A stretch of DNA of 64,000 bases from an uncultured Verrucomicrobiae bacterium (GTDB lineage: Bacteria > Verrucomicrobiota > Verrucomicrobiia > Chthoniobacterales > Terrimicrobiaceae): the NCBI GenBank assembly GCA_963706955.1, contig CAVPOC010000010.1:32001-96000 (forward strand). Direction: 5' to 3'. Positions within the stretch are counted from its first letter, which is position 1. Each line of letters starts with the position of its first letter. The notes beneath the pieces are model-generated. The model saw only the letters and a program-made list of their open reading frames with translations, was not told the DNA's origin and ran no database searches. Shown piece by piece: positions 57,300 through 64,000 of this stretch. The translations under genes were made by a program, and so were the position numbers.

Positions 57300-59708
57300 A
57301 TGATTCCTAGGATCGCTATCCAGCTCGCGCACGAAACTCTTAGTGCCTTGAAAGTTCGCCTCCTCTCGTGTCTTTGCGTTGTCACGTGGTGCATTGGGCA
57401 GGGCACGCTTGAGGCTACCCCAGCTCGCTCTCTTGATGTGACGACCGGGGGCGATTGTCAGATTAGCAGTCAAATTTTTGACCTCCAAGGAAAGCTGGTG
57501 CGCTCCTTACGACCCTTCGGACCGGTGAGCGCCGGAACTCATAAGCTTCAATGGGACGGTCTGGATGATAGCGGCAACCAAATGCCCCCGGGCGAATACG
57601 AGTGCCGAATTGTCTTAAACCCAACCATCTACGCCACCGCGGGAGCTCTCGGGAACACCGCCCGGCCGCCGACGGTTAACCTAAACCCCTCCGAGATTCA
57701 GTCGGTGGCCGTCGATGCCGAAGGCCATGTCTATACGGCCAATTTTTGGGAGGAAGCCGCGCAGGATTTTCGCAAGTGGAACCGTGACGATGGGTTCCAT
57801 GTCTTCAACGCGCAGGCACGCATCCGTAACGGCAACCCAGACGCGCTGCCCTATGCGATCGCTGTCGATGAGAAATACATCTACTGTTCGACTTATTCCC
57901 ACAGGGTAAACGCACAACAGCATATTCGTCGTTTCCGACTCAAGGATGGAGAGTCGGCGCCGTTTCCTGCCGCCGCGGCAACGAAAGGGTTTATTTTAGT
58001 TCATGATAACCCCGAGGAGAAAGCTGCAAAAGCGGGAAAAGCTGGCCCTGAAGATCTTTGGAAGCTGCCGTTGCGGGCCCTTGCCGTATCGCGTGGGAAG
58101 CTCTTCGTCACCGACGCTTTGGACGGAAGAGTGCTCTCCTTCGACAAGGAGACCGGTGCGCCGCTCGGTTCGTTCAAGGTCAACTTTCCCCACGCGCTCG
58201 CCATCGACTCGGTCGGGAACCTTTGGGTGGCACACGAAGACGGAGCGATCACCGTATTTAGCCAGGATGGTCAACGTTCTGTCCCAGTCCTAAAAACCTT
58301 GAAACATATTCGGGCGCTTGCTTTCGGTCCAAACAATCTGCTCTACGTCGCCGACAGCGGGACCAACAAGGTGCACATCTTCCGGGTCGATCCCGCCAAG
58401 GCAACCGCCACTTTCCTGCTCAGCTTCGGCCAGCAGGCAAAGCCCGGCGACTACGCGCCGGACCGCTTTCACGAACTTAAAGGAATTGCCGTGGACTCCG
58501 CGGGAAATTTTACGATTGCCCAGGGCCTGGAAGTCACCGGAGCGCGCCTGACCCGGTTCGCGCCGGACGGGCGCGTTATCTGGGACCACGTCGGCGCTGA
58601 GTTTACCAACACCGCGAGCATCTCCAAAGAACATCCCGACGAGGTAATCTCGCAGGTCTTTCATCGCTACAAGGTAGACAAGAAGACCGGAGCTTGGGAG
58701 TTCCGCGGCAGCGTGCTGGATGGCGACCCGAAATATATTCGCTGGATGCACGGCCCCATGCGGCTGCAAAAGCTGGGCGAAACCGAATTCGCATTTCAAG
58801 GTTACGGCGATGGGCTGCAAGTCTATCGGCGCGAGGGCGATCTCTATCGTCCGGCCTCCATGTTTGGCCGTGGCAATCCCTTTCCTGATGGTATCTATCA
58901 CGATGCCATGAAAGAAGGGGAACGACGCCCTAAAGAGGCGATCTGGTCATGGACGGATGTGAATGGAAACGCCAAGGTCGATGAGGAGGAAGTCACCTGG
59001 ATCACGGACCGAGAGTTCGTATCACCCTTCCATAATTTTGGAGTCAGCATCGACGCTGATGGCAATGCCCTCATCTGCAACGACGCGATCACCGAAATTC
59101 CGATGACCGGCTTCGATGGTCGGGGAAATCCCATATACGACCTGACCAAGATGCGGACAATCGTCCCGCGCGACACCTCCGAGAATCCTCTCTTCGCGAA
59201 TCCGGTCATGGCAATCCGCTCCGATGACGGCAGCATCTACGTCCAAACTCGCTCGAAACACTTTCCCAAACCCCAGGAGGCCGAGGGTGGCTGGATGGCG
59301 GGATGGGTGCTCATGCGTTTTGACAAGGATGGCAAAATGCTCTGGTACCGCCAACTGCCGGCAGCCTGCCCGGGAATGGACGTGATCCCAGGAGGTGGCG
59401 GAGTCATGCTCGTAAACATCAAGTTGGAGAAAGAAGGCTGTGACATCTACCATTACAATCAAGACGGCTCATTGATTGGTATAACCAGGCCTTCAGCCGC
59501 GTTCAGGAGCCCGGGCGGAATTCCCGATAACACTGCTTCGCTGGTCATTAGTCGAGATACCCGAGACGGTATAATCGATATGTTTGTTGAGGATTGCATC
59601 GGCAATCGCTTCTACTGGATGCGAGTCGACGATCGTAAAAAGCCCGAGGTCCGCAGCATTCGCTTGCGTCTAGAAGAGCCCGATTCAAACCTCACCAACA
59701 ATCGGTAG
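57300..59708 (+). CDS. Secreted FlgD-Ig-like plus NHL beta-propeller protein
   Basis: IFDLQGKLVRSL..AGTHKLQWDGLDDSGNQMPPGEY; repeats VAVDAEGHVY, LAIDSVGNLWV, LYVADSG, IAVDSAGNF; WTDVNGNAKVD. Confidence 0.7.
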   Translation: MIPRIAIQLAHETLSALKVRLLSCLCVVTWCIGQGTLEATPARSLDVTTGGDCQISSQIFDLQGKLVRSLRPFGPVSAGTHKLQWDGLDDSGNQMPPGEYECRIVLNPTIYATAGALGNTARPPTVNLNPSEIQSVAVDAEGHVYTANFWEEAAQDFRKWNRDDGFHVFNAQARIRNGNPDALPYAIAVDEKYIYCSTYSHRVNAQQHIRRFRLKDGESAPFPAAAATKGFILVHDNPEEKAAKAGKAGPEDLWKLPLRALAVSRGKLFVTDALDGRVLSFDKETGAPLGSFKVNFPHALAIDSVGNLWVAHEDGAITVFSQDGQRSVPVLKTLKHIRALAFGPNNLLYVADSGTNKVHIFRVDPAKATATFLLSFGQQAKPGDYAPDRFHELKGIAVDSAGNFTIAQGLEVTGARLTRFAPDGRVIWDHVGAEFTNTASISKEHPDEVISQVFHRYKVDKKTGAWEFRGSVLDGDPKYIRWMHGPMRLQKLGETEFAFQGYGDGLQVYRREGDLYRPASMFGRGNPFPDGIYHDAMKEGERRPKEAIWSWTDVNGNAKVDEEEVTWITDREFVSPFHNFGVSIDADGNALICNDAITEIPMTGFDGRGNPIYDLTKMRTIVPRDTSENPLFANPVMAIRSDDGSIYVQTRSKHFPKPQEAEGGWMAGWVLMRFDKDGKMLWYRQLPAACPGMDVIPGGGGVMLVNIKLEKEGCDIYHYNQDGSLIGITRPSAAFRSPGGIPDNTASLVISRDTRDGIIDMFVEDCIGNRFYWMRVDDRKKPEVRSIRLRLEEPDSNLTNNR

Positions 59709-59987
59709 CGCGGCGAGCTTGGACTGCAGAGAAAGGTGCGGAGAGATCGCTCTTAAACTACACCATCTGGTCCATTCGGATCATTGGGATTGCAGATCCC
59801 TTTCTGAGTAGTAACGTGCCGGCCAACGCAACTGCCAGCCCGGCGAACGCTCAATTTTGTCTCACGAGCATGTCGAGCTTGATTTGCCGGCGAAAGCCTC
59901 CAAACTGCTCTTTCTTGTTGCACGAATACTAAAATTGTCTCTATTGGCTTTGATCTACTCAGGACACCTTTTTTCTTCCCCAGGCTT

Positions 59988-62802
59988 GTGAAGAATCGAC
60001 GATTGATAGGGACGTTGGCATCGTCTGTTGGAAGGCGAGCGGCAACCGCTTGTGTCTTCGCCTGCGTGCTGGCGGTGGGGTTCTCATTTTTGGGGCTGGC
60101 CAATTCGAATGCTCAAGAACAGGCGCCAGCCGCGGAGTTCGAACAGGTGTCGACCGCGGAGCTTGAGAAGCAGGCGAGCTTCATGGTGGGAGCTCAAAAG
60201 TATGATGCGGCCGTTCCGCTTCTCACGGAGCTGGTAACCAGACTCGGCGAGTCCACAGATCCCCAGTTGCAATCCAAGGTAGAAGGGTTCCGCTATTTTC
60301 TGGGCCTGGGACACGTTTTCACTGACCAATGGGACGCGGCCGCGCAGGTATTCGAAAGTTTCCTCAAGGCTCATCCGAAGAGCAATCGGTATCGCAAGGT
60401 CCTGGAGCTCCATGGCGATACGCTGGTGCAATCAAAGCGATACCCGGAGGCGGCCGAGCAATACAAGAAGCTTCTCGAGATGAAGCTGCCGGAGACCGAG
60501 ATTTTCCCGATCATGGAGAAGCTCGCCTCGTGCTACATGCGCGATCAAAAATGGACCGAGGCGATCCCAGTCCTGCAGACGATGCTGCAGAAGAGCTGGA
60601 CTCCGGAGCAGCGAGAGCAAGCGGTCGTTTGGCTTGCGCAATCTTATATTGAGTCCGACCAAGGGGCCAAAGTGGTCGAGCTTCTGCCCGACATGCTCAC
60701 GAAGGCCCCGCGGGCAAGACTGAGTATCGACTTCAATCTGGCGTTGCTGAACGGAGGCGACAAGATGTTCGCGGCGCAACAGGACGTTCTCGCGCTCCTT
60801 TTCTACAATCTGGTCCTGCCGCCGGCGCGACTCCTCGAAGCCAACAAGAAATATCAAGCCGAGCTGGAGTGGTGGAGAGAGCAAGTGCGCAAGTCAGGAC
60901 AGCAGCTCGAGCTGGTGGTCGATATCAATCGGCGCATCCAGGATCTGCAGAACGAACGCACCCAACTGGAGGCAATTCCAGATTTTTCCGAAGACCTCCT
61001 CATGCGCATCGCCCAGGCCTATTTCTCCGCCGGCACGCCTTTACGAGACGTTCTGGACCTACTGGAAAATCTATGAGGACTTATCCGAACGGAAAGCTGG
61101 CCGAGGATTCGTGTTACGGCGCGTTTGCGCTTGCCGCTCAGCTCGAGCAGGACACCAAGGCGAAAGAAGCGGGGCTGAAGTATCTCTCGTCGTTCCCAGA
61201 AGGAAAGCAGTGGGAAGATGTCAGTCTCCAGCTAGGCCAGGTCTTCGTTCGCAACCGGGAATACGCTACGGCGATCGATTACTACAACGAGATCCTCAAG
61301 GTCCGGCCGGAGCATGCCTACAAAGATCAGATTCTTTACATGCTCGGATTTTCCGAGTTTCAGGATGCGCGCTTTGCGGAGGCCCGACAGACATTTCAGA
61401 CCCTCAGCCGCGAGTTCCCGAGCAGCGACAAGGCGTCGCCCGGTCTCTACTGGGTCGGCATGACATTTCTTTTTGAGGATAACTATAAGGATGCCCTCGA
61501 AGCGTTTAATCGATTCACTGAGAAGAGCACTGACGGCAGGCTCTATCAGGACGCCAGCTTCCGAAAGGCTGTCTGCCTCTACGGCTTGGAGAACTACACG
61601 TCGGCGGCGGAGAACCTAGAGAGATTTCTCAAAGAGTTTCCTACCGACACGCTCACCCCGGAGGCGCATACGCTCCTGGCCGACTGTTATGGCGCGATTG
61701 GAGAGCTCGAGAAGGCTCTTGATCACTACAAGCAGGTCGAAGATTGCGCGGTGAAGCAAAGCCAGATCGACTACGCGGCGCTTCAGATCGGTCGCATTCA
61801 CGAACAACTCGAGCAGTTCAAGGAGATGGAGGAGTGGTTCGCTCGATATCTGGAGAAATACGGGCTCAAGGGCGACTACACCCAGGCAATCTACCGCAAA
61901 GGTTTTGCGCAACAGGCTCAGGGGAAATCAAGAGAGGCTATCGACACCTACTGGCAGGCGATTGAGAAATACGGCAATGACCCCAAAGCAATGGGCATTG
62001 ATATCATCATCGATGCCTACTGCGAGGAAGGTCGCTCCGTCCAAGGTCTCCAGCCGCTCGAGATTATTCGCTCGGCTGCCCTCACCGCTGAACAGCAAAA
62101 CGAACGCACCCGCGCTCTTCGCTTCCAGCGCGCGCTCGCGCAACTTGATCCGAAAGCAATTCCACCTGTGCTGAGCGCGGAGGACGTTGCGCTGGCCAGC
62201 CCAGCCGTCTTGCTTTGGATGGCGGAAGTCCTCGAAAAGACCAACCCGACGCTCGGAGAGAGCGCTGCCCGCGCTGCCATCGACAACTTCGGTCCGACCC
62301 AATGGACCGGCGAGGCTTTCTTCAAACTCGGTAATTTCGCTTTCGACCGCCGAGACTGGAAACAGGCCGAAACTGGATTCAACAAAGCGATCAGAACGTC
62401 TCCCATGAATGACGTCGCCGCGCGAGCCACGATGCGATTGGGCGACGTCAAGCGCGCAGCAGGGGCACTTCGACGAGGCGATCAAACGCTACCAAGAAGT
62501 TCTCCAGGTCAAGGAATGGAAGGGCGAGCTCTGGCCCGCAAGCCCTCTACTTCCTCGGCGAAAGCCTCCGCGAGCAGGACAAGGAAAAGGAAGCCTACGC
62601 CTACTTTCAGCGCATCTACGTCCTCTATCCCCATTACAAGGAGTGGACCGCCAAAGCCTATCTTCGTTGCGCCGAGATTTCCGAAAAGCTCGGCTTGAAA
62701 GACGATGCTGTGCGGACGCTCGGGGAAATGCTCGCCAATCAATCTCTGCGCTCGACGCCCGAATACGCTGCGGCTGAGCAAAGACTCAAGGAGCTGCAGT
62801 AA
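59988..62802 (+). CDS. Large exported TPR-repeat protein (about 930 aa); frameshifts near 61035-61080, 62460 and 62535
   Basis: Signal peptide; many TPRs (FLKAHPKS, YLSSFPEG, LSREFPSS, FLKEFPTD); C-part AYAYFQRIYVLYPHYKEWTAKAYL...RLKELQ* ends at TAA 62800-62802. Confidence 0.75.
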
Positions 62803-62804
62803 TC

Positions 62805-63902
62805 ATGAGGACCGCACTTGCCGCTCTTTTCTTGTTCGCCGCGCTGGCCGCCTCAAACGGCCAGACACCCGGTCAAACACCTCCCGCTCCGCCTGTTTCC
62901 GGCTACCGGGTAACGATCACCGATAGCAAGTCGGGGAAGACCAGCAACGTCCACGCTTCCAAGGCTTGCCGGAGGTCAGTTTTACCTTGTGGCAAGTGGT
63001 GGCACGATTGCCATTCCCGCCAGCACCATCTCCGCCGCCGAGTTCGAACTGCCCACGGCAGTGAGGCAGGCCTCGGAAGCATACCGCTCCGGTGATGTGG
63101 AAAAAGCCGTCTCGCTTTATCCGGCCATCGAACCGATGCGCAGCTTTGTCGCGCTGCCCAAGTGCAATGTCACCGAGGAGTTTCTCAACTTCGCCGACGC
63201 CTACCGTCAGACACGCAAGTATGCCGAAGCCGAGGCTTTGTTGCGTTCTCTGAACTTCGGTGAGAACAAGGAAGCGCCGCTCCGCGCAACCTTGATACGC
63301 GCCTTTATTCTCTGCGACAAGAACGAGACCGCCAAGGCCGAAGCTCTCATGAAGGATTTTCCTCACACCAATCCGGAGGACTTGAATTTTCCGCTCGACC
63401 GCATTGTGCGAACGCGCATTTTCCTGGCGAATGGAAAATTTCACGAGGCGGCCCTTGAAGCGGGCGAAGCCGTCGCCATCACGCGCATCGAGGCACCGGT
63501 TTATCCAGAATCTCTCTATCTGGCAGCCGCATGCTACGAGAAGATGGGAGAAGTAGTGGAAAAGCAAAAGGCCGGTCGCGACCGGACGGAGAGCGAGAAG
63601 ATCATGGACGAGACCATCGATTACGCGGCCGTCAGCAACTCGGTGCGACAGCAGTTGGCGCTTCTTTTCTCGAACAACTACTGGGCGAAGAAAGAACCCG
63701 TCAACGTCGAGGAACTCCTCGCCGCGGCCGCCGGGGTAACTCTCAAGTCCGCCAAGAAAACCGAATTCCGCTGCCACCAGCGAGGAACAACAGCCCCAGA
63801 CTGCCGAACAAGCTCGAAGAAAAAGAAAAGCCCGTTTGGGAGAACTTTCTCAAACAACCAGAAGCCAAACCAGATAATGAAGAAATCGATAGTCAACTCT
63901 AG
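62805..63902 (+). CDS. Exported TPR-like protein; frameshifts near 62960 and 63770-63810
   Basis: Signal MRTALAALFLFAALAA; middle frame (missing from the ORF track) FADAYRQTRKYAEAEALL...YPESLYLAAACYEKMG; likely C-terminus KPVWENFLKQPEAKPDNEEIDSQL*. Confidence 0.6.
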
Positions 63903-64000
63903 ATCCGTCGCCGGCGTTCTCGGTCTCACGACGATGGCCGTCCTGCTTGGATTCCTTCCGTTCGTGACGGATTCGCAGGCACAAGAGTCCCCTGCTCCGG
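63877..64000 (+). CDS. 5' end of an exported or membrane protein, truncated by the window edge
   Basis: MKKSIVNSRSVAGVLGLTTMAVLLGFLPFVTDSQAQESPAP, signal-peptide-like. Confidence 0.45.
   Translation, partial: MKKSIVNSRSVAGVLGLTTMAVLLGFLPFVTDSQAQESPAP

Overview
GC-rich bacterial chromosomal window, most likely Verrucomicrobiota (Chthoniobacterales-like; inferred from the Verru_Chthon cassette and gene content). 1-11.3 kb (minus): an Alternative Complex III operon (actABCDEF plus actG-like) running into a cbb3-like module (CcoN homologue, CcoO, monoheme cytochrome c). By manual motif alignment the CcoN homologue has lost all six canonical heme/CuB histidines. 11.4-36.6 kb: DUF192, two MFP+RND efflux pairs, DUF1254/1214 protein, GlcD-like oxidase, a REP-associated tyrosine transposase (RAYT) flanked by REPs, fabI, ppc, a plant-PYD1-like preA and hydA separated by a repeat-flanked aldo-keto reductase, a renalase-like protein and a cyclase. 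36.9-64 kb: a putative glycan-utilisation locus with no SusC/SusD visible. It holds a Verru_Chthon pseudopilin cassette (B-C-A, with D divergent) co-oriented with a TPR lipoprotein and sugar ABC components, a GntR/LacI regulator, a GH39, two large secreted FlgD-Ig/beta-propeller proteins (one with a clan GH-A-like module) and an exported TPR protein pair. At least three REP/REPIN-like families are dispersed through the window, including one nested element. Many genes carry small indels (probably assembly errors), so several ORF-track boundaries were corrected by hand. No rRNA, tRNA or CRISPR array was seen. All family calls are from motif recognition, not database searches.
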